A stretch of 64,000 nt of DNA from a virus (lineage: Duplodnaviria > Caudoviricetes), in IMG/VR virus record IMGVR_UViG_3300036778_000017, positions 9,981 through 73,980 of that record; one strand, 5' to 3'. This document shows, piece by piece, positions 1 through 8,742 of the stretch. Position 1 is the stretch's first letter; each line of letters opens with the position of its first letter. A program made the position numbers and the translations under genes. Under the pieces are notes generated by a model. That model saw only the letters and a list, made by a program, of their open reading frames with translations. It did no database searches and had not been told where the DNA came from.

Positions 1-40
1 ATGCACGCCTTCGCGTCGCCCTTGAATGAGTAGCTCCAGC

Positions 41-322
41 TCATGATCCTGCTCCCTGCGGAGGAATGAGAGGTTTCGCTCTGGCCAACTCCGCCTTGGC
101 CAGGATCTCGAGACTGTCGGCGATGCGCTTGATGTCGCTGAGCACCAGAGCACCGAGCGTGTGAAGAGCCTCCTCTCCAGCCTCGGCTGCCTCCTTCGCC
201 ATGGTCGCGGCCTGCGCGACTGTGGACCCGCTCTTCAGTGCCTCGTCCACGCCTCGGTCGGCTGCCTTGAACGAACTCACGATCACGCCGAGCAGCGTGT
301 GGATCTCATTATCAAGCGGCAT
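41..322 (-). CDS. hypothetical protein downstream of terminase small subunit
   Basis: 93 aa ORF whose start overlaps the terS stop; same strand as the late operon. Confidence 0.6.
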   Translation of the reverse strand: MPLDNEIHTLLGVIVSSFKAADRGVDEALKSGSTVAQAATMAKEAAEAGEEALHTLGALVLSDIKRIADSLEILAKAELARAKPLIPPQGAGS

Positions 323-860
323 CGTCTATGTCCTCCTCGTCGTTGTCTGTCTGCACCGGCTCGTCTGCGAGCGAGGCGTCTGCTCCCTCGTAGCCCCTGC
401 CGTCGAGCTCGTCGTCGTAGTCCTCCTCCTGCCGCTCGTGAACAGCACGAGCGACGCCCTCGGCCAGCGACCGAAGAGCCGGGGGCACCGGAAGCCCGCG
501 CTCGGTGAGGCGATCGACTGCCTCCTGCGCGGACAAGGTGCGGTCCGTCTTGTCGTGGACGTCGACCTGAAGGGGCATCACCTTCTCCAGCATGCGACCG
601 AACACGGCTGGTTCAGCCCGCGACAGCCAGACGAGATACCCGACGGCTCCGTCCTTGCCCTTTCCGTCTCGACCAGAGGCCTCCGCAGCGGCGAGGATCG
701 CCTCCTTCAGGCGAACCCCGAACTTGTTCTTGGCTCCCTTGGGTCTACCGAGACCCTCCTGTCCCTTCTTGAACGGAACGAGGTTCTGCGGATTTCCTCG
801 ACGACCCTTGGGCATCTTGGGAGCGCGAACACTCTTCCGCTTGTGAGAGGACTTCGCCAC
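312..860 (-). CDS. terS: terminase small subunit
   Basis: GNPQNLVPFKKGQ..GRPKGAKNK motif typical of phage terS N-termini; GTG start with GAGGAAGG RBS; acidic tail. Confidence 0.8.
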   Translation of the reverse strand: MAKSSHKRKSVRAPKMPKGRRGNPQNLVPFKKGQEGLGRPKGAKNKFGVRLKEAILAAAEASGRDGKGKDGAVGYLVWLSRAEPAVFGRMLEKVMPLQVDVHDKTDRTLSAQEAVDRLTERGLPVPPALRSLAEGVARAVHERQEEDYDDELDGRGYEGADASLADEPVQTDNDEEDIDDAA

Positions 861-901
861 GGATCCTTCCTCAGTTTTCCTGCGCGTTAAATATCAGGGA
901 C

Positions 902-913
902 CACGCTACCGCC
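902..913 (-). promoter_or_regulatory. ops element (RfaH recruitment/pause site) GGCGGTAGCGTG
   Basis: + strand cacgctaccgcc at 902-913 is an exact match to the ops consensus GGCGGTAGnnTG on the sense strand, about 40 nt upstream of the terS start and just downstream of the NusG-family gene. Confidence 0.85.
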
Positions 914-969
914 GCCCCGGACTGAATGCCGAGGGATTGCAGAGCGCCTTGCGCATGTGTCGAGCTCTT

Positions 970-1479
970 TCAGGCGAGCTCGGTGACCCGATACTCCGTC
1001 GTGCGAACCTCGCGGCCCAGCAGACTGAAGAGTACCTCGACCCGACCACTCGACTGCATCTGTGTCAGCAGACCCGCCGAACCGGCGAACCGCCCTGAGC
1101 GGGGGACAACTGTGTCCCCGACACGATGCAGCTTGGTGACAGGATCGATGTAGTATCCCGCGTCATCTACGCTATCGCTGAGGAAGAACTGCAAGTCGTC
1201 ATCCGCCAACTTGGCAGGCTCACCGCAGTTCATCAGCAGCGAAGAGACGCCGCGAGTATTCCTGATCGACCACCACGCCTTCGTCTCCCTGACGAACACG
1301 TAGCCCTCGAACAGTGCGACAACACGACGGACGCCAAGACGGTTCGGCTCAGTCCTCATCAGCGGAAGCTCGACCTCGTAGCCCTGTCGGCTCAGGTGCC
1401 GACGAGCCTCGAGCTCGCTGTGCTCGTGAGTCGTCGCCACGAGCCATCCCAACTTTCGCTTCCGTGAGTTCCTCGCCAT
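970..1479 (-). CDS. RfaH/NusG-family transcription antiterminator (NGN + KOW)
   Basis: WLVATT..ARRHLSRQGYEVELP and LFEGYVFV (NGN); VGDTVVPRSGRFAG..GRVEVLFSLLGRE (KOW). Start refined to ATG 1479 with GAGG RBS. Confidence 0.9.
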   Translation of the reverse strand: MARNSRKRKLGWLVATTHEHSELEARRHLSRQGYEVELPLMRTEPNRLGVRRVVALFEGYVFVRETKAWWSIRNTRGVSSLLMNCGEPAKLADDDLQFFLSDSVDDAGYYIDPVTKLHRVGDTVVPRSGRFAGSAGLLTQMQSSGRVEVLFSLLGREVRTTEYRVTELA

Positions 1480-1828
1480 TCCGCCCTCGCCCGCCGCTGG
1501 CCAGCTGCCCAACACAACCCACAACCGCCAGCGGCCAAACCCTGCCACGGCATTCCGCTGATCCGCAAGGCCCCCTTCGGCGGCGGAACCCTCGCGCCTA
1601 ATCGCGGCTCCGCCAATGATGAGCGCATGCACAAGCGCACGTTCATCACGGGCATCCCCGTGTCGCGTGAATTGCTTGCAACCTGCATTTTTCCGTTTGC
1701 CCAGCAATTACAAGCACTTGACATGCAACCACCCCCGCCCTCCTGCAACCACTTTCGGGCATGATCCGTCACCTGAACGATGACTTTGTATCGCAAAGCG
1801 GATGCACCGGGCAGTCACAAACAAAAAG

Positions 1829-1837
1829 TTATGCACA
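1829..1837 (+). promoter_or_regulatory. DnaA box TTATGCACA
   Basis: fits TTWTNCACA; part of a 19-bp sequence (1824-1842) repeated in inverted form at 23823-23841. Confidence 0.6.
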
Positions 1838-1911
1838 GCCCCCGGCGGACCACTTTTTCGGCTGCGCTCCGCCCCGGCCGGGCCTAAAATGCCCGCTCTT
1901 GTGGTTGCAAC

Positions 1912-2391
1912 TTGTGGGGTAATACAACCGTGCTGAGACGTCATCTAGCTGCGCTGGCCAGCGTCACGCGCACTCCTTCGCTGGAGTATCGCGTGCGCCA
2001 GTATTTCAGACTTGGGGGAGAGCCGTTTCTTCAGGCCCTGCGGAGAGCAGGACTGGGACAGGCGGACATTGTCCTGTGCATGATGCGCATCAACACCCGT
2101 CGATCAAGGGAGATCGCGGAGGCGCTCATCGGAAGGCCGATCACCGTGGCTCAGGCGTGTCGGCTCACTTGGCAGTCTAACACTCAGCGACCGACTGTTC
2201 GGCGGCAGCCGGTCATCACGTGGATATGTCCAGACGTGTCGATCAGGAGAAGGACGCGGCTCGCAGCCGCGTTCCAGGAGTTTCGTGTCGGACGCACGCG
2301 AGAGCAGTTGATGTCGCGTGGCGTCTCTAGAGGTGACCTCCGTCGCGCAATCAGGCGCGGCTGGATCAGGATGGCGGGAGTCGATCTGTGA
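1912..2391 (+). CDS. hypothetical protein
   Basis: first ORF of a chain of overlapping + strand ORFs; start uncertain. Confidence 0.55.
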   Translation: MWGNTTVLRRHLAALASVTRTPSLEYRVRQYFRLGGEPFLQALRRAGLGQADIVLCMMRINTRRSREIAEALIGRPITVAQACRLTWQSNTQRPTVRRQPVITWICPDVSIRRRTRLAAAFQEFRVGRTREQLMSRGVSRGDLRRAIRRGWIRMAGVDL

Positions 2392-2729
2392 AGAAGGTGA
2401 GGGTGAAGAAGGTCAGGGTCAGCGACGCTGACGAGAAGAACAGACTGCGCGTTGCCGAGGAGCGACTGATGCACGCGGAGCAGGTCTCGAGGATGGCGGA
2501 CGAGAAGTCCTTCGTGCTGGTGCCGATCTGTGCCAAGAACGTGACGCGAGCAGCGTTCATCCGGGCCGTGGCGGACAGCAAGACAGAACTCGTCCACCGA
2601 GAGTGGCCGGAGGCCATGCAGGCGGCCCGCGACATGAGCGAGCACGGCGCGTTTGAGCTCGTGTACGTGTTCAGCAGAAAGACAAAGTCCCGCATGCTGG
2701 GGACGGCGGACAACGGGAGAGTGAAGTGA
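2388..2729 (+). CDS. hypothetical protein
   Basis: GTGA overlap with the upstream ORF; typical codon usage. Confidence 0.65.
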   Translation: MKKVRVKKVRVSDADEKNRLRVAEERLMHAEQVSRMADEKSFVLVPICAKNVTRAAFIRAVADSKTELVHREWPEAMQAARDMSEHGAFELVYVFSRKTKSRMLGTADNGRVK

Positions 2730-3052
2730 GCCCTAGCATATATCCGACGCGGGACATGGAGACGGCGGCCACCGAGCGCCGCGTGGAGCATCTGCGATCG
2801 GTCGAGACCATGCTCGCCGTCGAGTGCAGATGCCTGAAGGAGGAGACGCTGAGGGCGCTGGCGCTCGACCTGCTCGACAACCGAGAGCGCGTCTGGCATC
2901 GGCTGGACGACGGAACGCCGCTACCTTCGGCGGGCCTGTCCGTGATATTCGGGCGCGACTGCCTCGGCTTCGTGCACAACGCGACACACCTCCTCGGGTC
3001 ACGCGACATCGAGAAGTCGTGGATCGAGGAGTGGACACAGATACTGATCTGA
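2726..3052 (+). CDS. hypothetical protein
   Basis: GTGA overlap with the upstream ORF. Confidence 0.65.
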   Translation: MSPSIYPTRDMETAATERRVEHLRSVETMLAVECRCLKEETLRALALDLLDNRERVWHRLDDGTPLPSAGLSVIFGRDCLGFVHNATHLLGSRDIEKSWIEEWTQILI

Positions 3053-3070
3053 CTGAGCAGGAGACAACAG

Positions 3071-3553
3071 ATGGGGAAAGATCACAGTGACGAACGCACG
3101 AACGCCGACCTCAGGCGAACTGAGGCGATCCTACGCGGAGCTCTTGGAGATCCGCTTGACGGTACTGGAACTGATGCACGCAGATCTCATCTCGACGACC
3201 GTCGCTCTCGCGAGCAGCATGGCGGCGCTGAGAGCCCTGCGGAAGTTCGACGAGAGAGGATAGAACATGTCAGTCGCAAGTTTCCTCTTCATGATCGCAT
3301 ACTCTGGGACGAGCATCGTGCAGGTCTACGGTCCCCTGTCCATGACCGACTCCGAGTGCTGGACGATGGCCGCGAAGATGACTATCACGAGTACTCCGGG
3401 CCTGCCTCGCATGGAGTATTCCTGCGAGAGGAGACCGTTGTTGAGAGATGCTGGTGGTTCCTCCAGGACAACTGGCGCACCGTCGTCGGCATCTCGTTCG
3501 TCGCCGCGTCGGCCGGGTTCCTCGCAGCAGTGATCCTGATGGAGTTCCACTGA
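3071..3553 (+). CDS. hypothetical protein with C-terminal transmembrane helix
   Basis: RBS GGAG; hydrophobic C-terminus TVVGISFVAASAGFLAAVILM. Confidence 0.6.
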   Translation: MGKDHSDERTNADLRRTEAILRGALGDPLDGTGTDARRSHLDDRRSREQHGGAESPAEVRRERIEHVSRKFPLHDRILWDEHRAGLRSPVHDRLRVLDDGREDDYHEYSGPASHGVFLREETVVERCWWFLQDNWRTVVGISFVAASAGFLAAVILMEFH

Positions 3554-3855
3554 TGTCCTGGACAATACGATTCTGCTCTGTCTGTCGCGTCGACACTTGG
3601 CACGAGAATGGCGTGTGCGAGTGGACAGACTCGCATCGTCCGTCTGGTCGCTACGTCCCAGACCTGCAGAGAGACGCTGTCAATCCTAAGACAGGATTGA
3701 CGGAGCTCGAGCGGCGAGCGCGATACACGTGCGCCTGTCATGGTTTCTGGAAAGAGGACTGCCCGAGTGAGAAGAACAAGACAGAAGTCGGACAACGGTC
3801 TGCGCCCCCTGATGCGGGATCGCCTGCGTCAGGGGATATGGTGGACGACGATTGA
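3553..3855 (+). CDS. possible small Cys-rich protein
   Basis: TGATG coupling; CSVC and CACH motifs; overlaps the nuclease ORF, so uncertain. Confidence 0.4.
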   Translation: MSWTIRFCSVCRVDTWHENGVCEWTDSHRPSGRYVPDLQRDAVNPKTGLTELERRARYTCACHGFWKEDCPSEKNKTEVGQRSAPPDAGSPASGDMVDDD

Positions 3856-4228
3856 GACAGGTCTGGTCACGCAGGGCGTGCCGGACACGAACTACATCAG
3901 TGACGGGGGAGTCGAGGGCTGGTGCGAGTGCAAGGCGACCGACGGATGGAAGGTGAAGTTCCGTCCGATGCAGGTCGGCTGGCACGAGCGTCGCTACCGC
4001 ATGGGCGGCAGGACATGGATCGCCATCAGGCGACAGACGCGCGGCGGCCCTCGACAGGGCGCGGCGGTCGACGAGCTCTACTTGGTTCCTGGATGCTACG
4101 TGATCGAGCTCCGCGATCAGGGCATCGACTGCGGGCGCGCGCAGTTCATGGGAGACGGTGGTCCGGAGCGCTGGCGCTGGCGCGACGTCCGCCGGGCGCT
4201 GCTCGGGCCGGTTGTGCAGCGCGCCTAG
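3740..4228 (+). CDS. PD-(D/E)xK nuclease, VRR-NUC / Holliday junction resolvase-like
   Basis: GVPD..EGWCECK..FRPMQVGWHERR pattern. Confidence 0.75.
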   Translation: MVSGKRTARVRRTRQKSDNGLRPLMRDRLRQGIWWTTIETGLVTQGVPDTNYISDGGVEGWCECKATDGWKVKFRPMQVGWHERRYRMGGRTWIAIRRQTRGGPRQGAAVDELYLVPGCYVIELRDQGIDCGRAQFMGDGGPERWRWRDVRRALLGPVVQRA

Positions 4229-4466
4229 CACTACCCCAGATGCCCCTGCACTACCCGGGTACCTTGACCCCAGAACGCCATTAGCGGTCCGCCCAGCTGC
4301 CTTCCGGCCGCCCGATAGGTAGGTAGCGCCCGGCCCGGCCCAGCGGCCCGGGCGGGCCGCCCTAGCAGGCCGCCGGGTGGCCAAAACCGGCCCCCTACGG
4401 CACCATTGCGCAACGCCCTAGCCCGGGCAGGCCCCCGGGGCTGGCCAATGGGCCGCCGGGCTAGGG

Positions 4467-4497
4467 GCGCTCGCGAGCCCGTGCTGCTCGCGAGCGC
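4467..4497. terminator. 12-bp inverted repeat at a convergent junction
   Basis: gcgctcgcgagc-N7-gctcgcgagcgc; no U-tract, so function is inferred. Confidence 0.4.
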
Positions 4498-4579
4498 TGA
4501 CGGCGGCCCAGCTTGTACGCGCGCTGGACCGGACCGCCGTGTTTCGCGCGTCACTGCCCTCTTGGCAGTGCGCTCCTTC

Positions 4580-4798
4580 TCACGGCCACGTCCACCACAC
4601 GACCAGCACCGCGAGCGCGACCAGCACTGTCACCACCATTCCCTCCCAAGGCACCGTCCGTCCTCCCACCACCAGCTGTCCCTGCTTCCACATGGCCTCC
4701 TCGTCGCTGCGCGCCACGTCTCCGCAGCTGCACACCATGCGATAGTCGAGACTGTCCCCAATGAACGTCATGTCGTAGTCATGTCTGTGGATCTTCAT
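4580..4798 (-). CDS. small membrane protein
   Basis: 72 aa with hydrophobic C-terminus; last gene of the leftward early cluster. Confidence 0.55.
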   Translation of the reverse strand: MKIHRHDYDMTFIGDSLDYRMVCSCGDVARSDEEAMWKQGQLVVGGRTVPWEGMVVTVLVALAVLVVWWTWP

Positions 4799-4969
4799 CC
4801 TTGTCCTCCCATGGCATCTTCGGCAGCGTCGGCTTCGGAGCGCGAGCGGCCCGCGCCGACAAGGCCGCTCTGCGCTGCATTCCCTTGGCGTCCATGTCGC
4901 TCAGCGTGCGGTGCATGCCCGTCCGCAGCGAGATGAACGTCCTGGCTCTAGGCTTGTCCTTGTCGTCTT

Positions 4970-5404
4970 CTACCACTGCGAGAACCCTCCACTTCCTCTC
5001 TCGTTGGCGTAGATGCGCTTCAGCGCCGCGTACTGATCATCAGTCAGGTACGACAGCCTCTCCCAGAAGTCCCTCAGACTGGCGATGAACATGAGAGTGC
5101 TGACGTCGTATCTGCGCTCGCCCACGGCGTCGAACATGGGGCCTATGTCGTCGTCCGTGCGCTTCGTGAAGTCCCTCGGGCTGGGTCTCGGCGCCCTCGC
5201 GCCCCACGCGGACCCCCGCTTGGACGGAGGCGTGCGATAGTCGGGGGTCGGTGCGAGCTTGGGACCGTGGAGCACTTCGGCCCACGTCATCTGCTCAGCC
5301 TCCAGCATTCTGTTGGCGAGGCGCACGGCGTTCAGGGCCTCGCCGTCTCCGGTGCTGAACGTCATGCCCATGATCTGCGCCAGTCGCTTGCGATCAAGTG
5401 CCAC
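4970..5404 (-). CDS. hypothetical protein with DUF2786-like N-terminal helix pair
   Basis: RLAQIMGMTFS..GEALNAVRLANRML resembles the DUF2786 pattern. Confidence 0.55.
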   Translation of the reverse strand: MALDRKRLAQIMGMTFSTGDGEALNAVRLANRMLEAEQMTWAEVLHGPKLAPTPDYRTPPSKRGSAWGARAPRPSPRDFTKRTDDDIGPMFDAVGERRYDVSTLMFIASLRDFWERLSYLTDDQYAALKRIYANERGSGGFSQW

Positions 5405-5594
5405 CGAACTGCTCCCTCGATATCACCTCGCTCTCCGCTGGCGTCAGGACGTGAGCCGCTCTCTGGACACGGACCCATGCCTGATTGCGACGGAAACGTA
5501 TCTCGCGCTCCAGCGTCGCGATCTGTTCGAGCTCGTTGCTGACAGAAACGTAGACCGCGAGCGCTTCTCTGTACTCCGTCAGGTTGTCGGCCAC
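5394..5594 (-). CDS. hypothetical protein
   Basis: GTG start refined; overlaps neighbours. Confidence 0.5.
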   Translation of the reverse strand: MADNLTEYREALAVYVSVSNELEQIATLEREIRFRRNQAWVRVQRAAHVLTPAESEVISREQFGGT

Positions 5595-5842
5595 ACCACG
5601 CCCCTCTTTGTCAGCTGTCGATGAAGGAACATCGCCATGCGAATGGCGTCCTCGCGCCACTCGAGCTCGCGGCCGTTGTCCGGACCCGCGAACATGAGGC
5701 GCTCTGCCCACGTGGCGAGGATTTCGCTGTGCACGTAGTCGCCGCGAACACCCATTCTGTCGTTCTGCTCGGCTATCAGTATCCACTGCGCCATGTCGCG
5801 GACTATCGGCTGTATGAGATGCGGATTGGTTGGATCTCTCAT
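5579..5842 (-). CDS. hypothetical protein
   Basis: start refined to MRDPTNPH with GGAG RBS. Confidence 0.6.
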   Translation of the reverse strand: MRDPTNPHLIQPIVRDMAQWILIAEQNDRMGVRGDYVHSEILATWAERLMFAGPDNGRELEWREDAIRMAMFLHRQLTKRGVVWPTT

Positions 5843-6132
5843 GATGGATCTCCGAGCCGGATCGTGAACGTGCCGACGACGTCCTCGCCGTGCCTCCACA
5901 GCCCGATGATTGCAGGATCACCGTGCTTCCAGAAGCTGACGCGTGCACCGCTCCTGATGGTCGAGCTCCGGTCGCTCAGCGTGTACTGCCCGTCGACGTC
6001 GTGTCCCTCGAACACGCGTGTCCCGATCGAGATGACTAGCCTGTTGTTCTGCTTGATCACCTTGCACTTGTCGCTGTCCGAGCCTCGGTCGCCGTAGTAC
6101 ATAGTGATCTCTGCATCGCGATACGTCGTCAT
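5839..6132 (-). CDS. hypothetical protein
   Basis: ATGA coupling on both sides. Confidence 0.6.
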   Translation of the reverse strand: MTTYRDAEITMYYGDRGSDSDKCKVIKQNNRLVISIGTRVFEGHDVDGQYTLSDRSSTIRSGARVSFWKHGDPAIIGLWRHGEDVVGTFTIRLGDPS

Positions 6133-6542
6133 GTGACTTCTCCCTTCGGCCAGAAGTACGGCATGTCTGGCTTCACTCTCCAACCCATGCGGCCGTACCA
6201 CGCGGGGTCCTTCCTCAGAAGATTGCTCTTGTGGCTGTCGTGCAGGCGCGGATCACCGAGCCAGCGCGGAGCCTCGTCGCCGTGGTCGAGCATGTGGGGC
6301 ACGACCATGTTGTTCACGTAGCCTCTCCTCACCCACTCCTCCACGATTGCATCCATGTACTGCACCAGCTGCGACACGTGGCCGTCCCACATCGTCACGG
6401 CCGGGTGGAAGCGCCAGCTGGAGCCGGGCACCGTGAGGGCCATGATTATCTGGTAAGACTCCACGCGCTGCTTTCCGAGCCGCTTCCAATCGAGACACTT
6501 GGCCGAGCGCGCGAAGTCCGGATATGGCAGGAACGTGATCAC
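6129..6542 (-). CDS. pyrimidine-dimer DNA glycosylase-like protein (MSMEG_6728 family)
   Basis: ITFLPYPDFARSAKCLDWKRLGKQRVE..HPAVTMW..WLGDPRLHDSHKSNLLRKDP..Y..YFWP. Confidence 0.85.
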   Translation of the reverse strand: MITFLPYPDFARSAKCLDWKRLGKQRVESYQIIMALTVPGSSWRFHPAVTMWDGHVSQLVQYMDAIVEEWVRRGYVNNMVVPHMLDHGDEAPRWLGDPRLHDSHKSNLLRKDPAWYGRMGWRVKPDMPYFWPKGEVT

Positions 6543-7916
6543 TCCGGGCCTCCGTTGAGCATGATGTCGCAGATGGCTGGAGCCTGCCTGTCGCTGATGA
6601 CGGCCTCCGCGAACGGCACGTCGTGCTCGTCGAAAAGAACTATGTGCGGCCCGCAGTTCGGGTCGCCGCACCACATGACCGAGATGTGATGCGCTGTCTT
6701 GATCTGGCGTCTGTCTAGCGCCCGATACTTCTTGCTCACTGTCATTCTCCCTTGATGCAGTCTTTTCCATCCTTGCCGCAGCGCACTTGATAATCAAATA
6801 CGTCGCGCGGATTGTTCATGTTGTACACTGTCCAAGTGCTGACCAGACCAAAGTGCTTGGTCTGTGCTTCCTTCTGGCAGTTGGCCACTGACGTAGTTCG
6901 ATACCATTCTTGGTTTGGAGATATAGCCCAACCAGAATATGTGATGAGACAAGCAACTATGATACCTTCCATGTCCATTCTCCTTATGACTTCTTCCCTC
7001 CTGCCCACGGCAGTTCATCGTGAAACATCACCATCGGTCCTTGCTTGTGAGGCGTGCCCACTATCACGGACGAGGACGTCAGGTGCTGCTGCCTTGCGTT
7101 GAAGACAATCCTCGACACGCCCGTCGATGTCAGCGATGGATACGATGGTGGTTGTCTGCTGGACGAGTCTGCTGAGACAACGTCTGGTCGCACGACAGGA
7201 TGCTTCTTGCGGAGGCGCTCTATCTCCGCCCTGCGCTTCTTCCACTTCACTCGCCATACCCCACCTTCAGCTTGAATGAGAAACGCACCTTGCCTCTCAC
7301 GCGGATGCTGGTGCGTGCACCGACGTGCAGAATGCTGATGTCCTCCAGCAGAACGCGCTCGCTGACGAGCTCGCGGAACCGTGCGCGTAGCCAGTCCTGC
7401 AGAGTGCTCGTGCATCCGCCGATTGTCTGGACGACCTGACCGTCTGGGGACCACGGAACGTAGTGCCTGACCTCCGGCGTCGGGATCACTGTCACGATCG
7501 CGTCACGAGGAATGTCGCCGAATGACCTGATCTTACTGACCATGGCGTATCCTCGCTGCTAGTTCGAACGCCTTCAGGTCGTCGAACTCGTGAACGAACT
7601 GGAACAGCTTCAGCCACGAATCGGCCGTCAGCTTCTCGTAGTGACTAGGCTCCATGTTCAGCTTCACCATGACCTCGTCCGCGCCCGGCATGTTCAGGAG
7701 CTCCATCGCCTTGCGCACCGTGGCCGCGCGCTCAACCACGCGCTGACGCGGGATCTTATTCACGATCGCGATGCACGCCTGCACGCCCAGAATGAAGTGT
7801 CGTGCCTGATCAGGGCTGAGCTCGTGATACACCTTGGACTCTGCCTCGGTGATCAGCTTCTCGAATTGTCTCTCACCCGGTATCAATGCGGGTATCAATG
7901 AGAATGATAGTGCCAT
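6539..7916 (-). other. run of about 5 small hypothetical genes (6539-6745, 6742-7008, 7015-7257, 7247-7543, 7533-7916)
   Basis: abutting or overlapping minus-strand ORFs; no recognisable motifs. Confidence 0.55.
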
Positions 7917-7941
7917 TGCTCTCTACTCCTCTCATGCAAAT

Positions 7942-7967
7942 AGGGACCGCCCCGAAGGACGGTCCCT
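7942..7967 (-). terminator. intrinsic terminator-like hairpin with UUCG loop
   Basis: 11-bp stem, G-U wobble on the minus strand, cUUCGg loop, followed by AUUU, right after the 7986 gene. Confidence 0.7.
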
Positions 7968-7985
7968 TGCTCGGCCTCGAGCGCG

Positions 7986-8654
7986 CTACTTGACGGTGAT
8001 CCATCCTTGTCCGACAGCGAAGTGCAGGGACGCCGTGACACCACCGGCCTTCACGAAGTCCTTCACCTTCTTACCGTTATACTTGATGATCCGAGCGACG
8101 CGCTCGAATCGACCAGAGCCCTCGCGAGCCGGATTGGTCTTGATCTTGACGTGGATCGTTTCCTCGCCCGTGTAGCGGGTGCCGCCTCCAGCGGCGGTAC
8201 GAGCATTGGAACTCGAGGCTTTCTTCGACGCCTTCTTGGCCACCTTCTTCGCAGGGGCAGCCTTCGGGGCAGTCTTCTTCGCAGTCGCTGTCTTAGCCAT
8301 GGTACTCTCTTCCTTACTCTTGATCTCCTTCTGCACTGCCGTCTTGGCAGGCTTCTTCGGAGCACTCTCCTTCTTGGACGGTGCCTTGTCGGCGCTCTTC
8401 TTGGTCTTCTCCGCCGCGGATTTCTCCGCGTGGAACTTCACGAGAGCATCGTGGAGCGGAGGGATCACCTTCTTCAGTGCGTCCGGCTCCTCAGTCTCGA
8501 TCAGCAATTCGTCTGGGACCTTTAGTCCAATGTCGTGTGCTGTCGCCAGCATGTCGGAGTACAGTCCGTTCACCGTCTCGTATCCGTACGTGCTGAGTTC
8601 CGCGAGTTCCTTGGACCAGTCCTTCAGTTTCTTAGCAGCCATCTGGCTCCCCAT
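7986..8654 (-). CDS. Lys/Ala/Pro-rich (histone H1-like) putative DNA-binding protein
   Basis: AKKTAPKAAPAKKVAKK linker; C-terminal NPAREGS..VKDFVKAGG domain shared with 12942-13613. Confidence 0.75.
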   Translation of the reverse strand: MGSQMAAKKLKDWSKELAELSTYGYETVNGLYSDMLATAHDIGLKVPDELLIETEEPDALKKVIPPLHDALVKFHAEKSAAEKTKKSADKAPSKKESAPKKPAKTAVQKEIKSKEESTMAKTATAKKTAPKAAPAKKVAKKASKKASSSNARTAAGGGTRYTGEETIHVKIKTNPAREGSGRFERVARIIKYNGKKVKDFVKAGGVTASLHFAVGQGWITVK

Positions 8655-8742
8655 TTGCGTAGTGAAAACACCCTAGGTCCCGAGTGGGACCCGACACAAA
8701 GCATACGCCCGTCCAGCGTCTGCGGCAATCGTCGTCGCGTCG

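Noticed and set aside
1718-1746. Sigma70 promoter from TTGACA at 1718
   Set aside because: No acceptable -10 element at 16-18 nt spacing.
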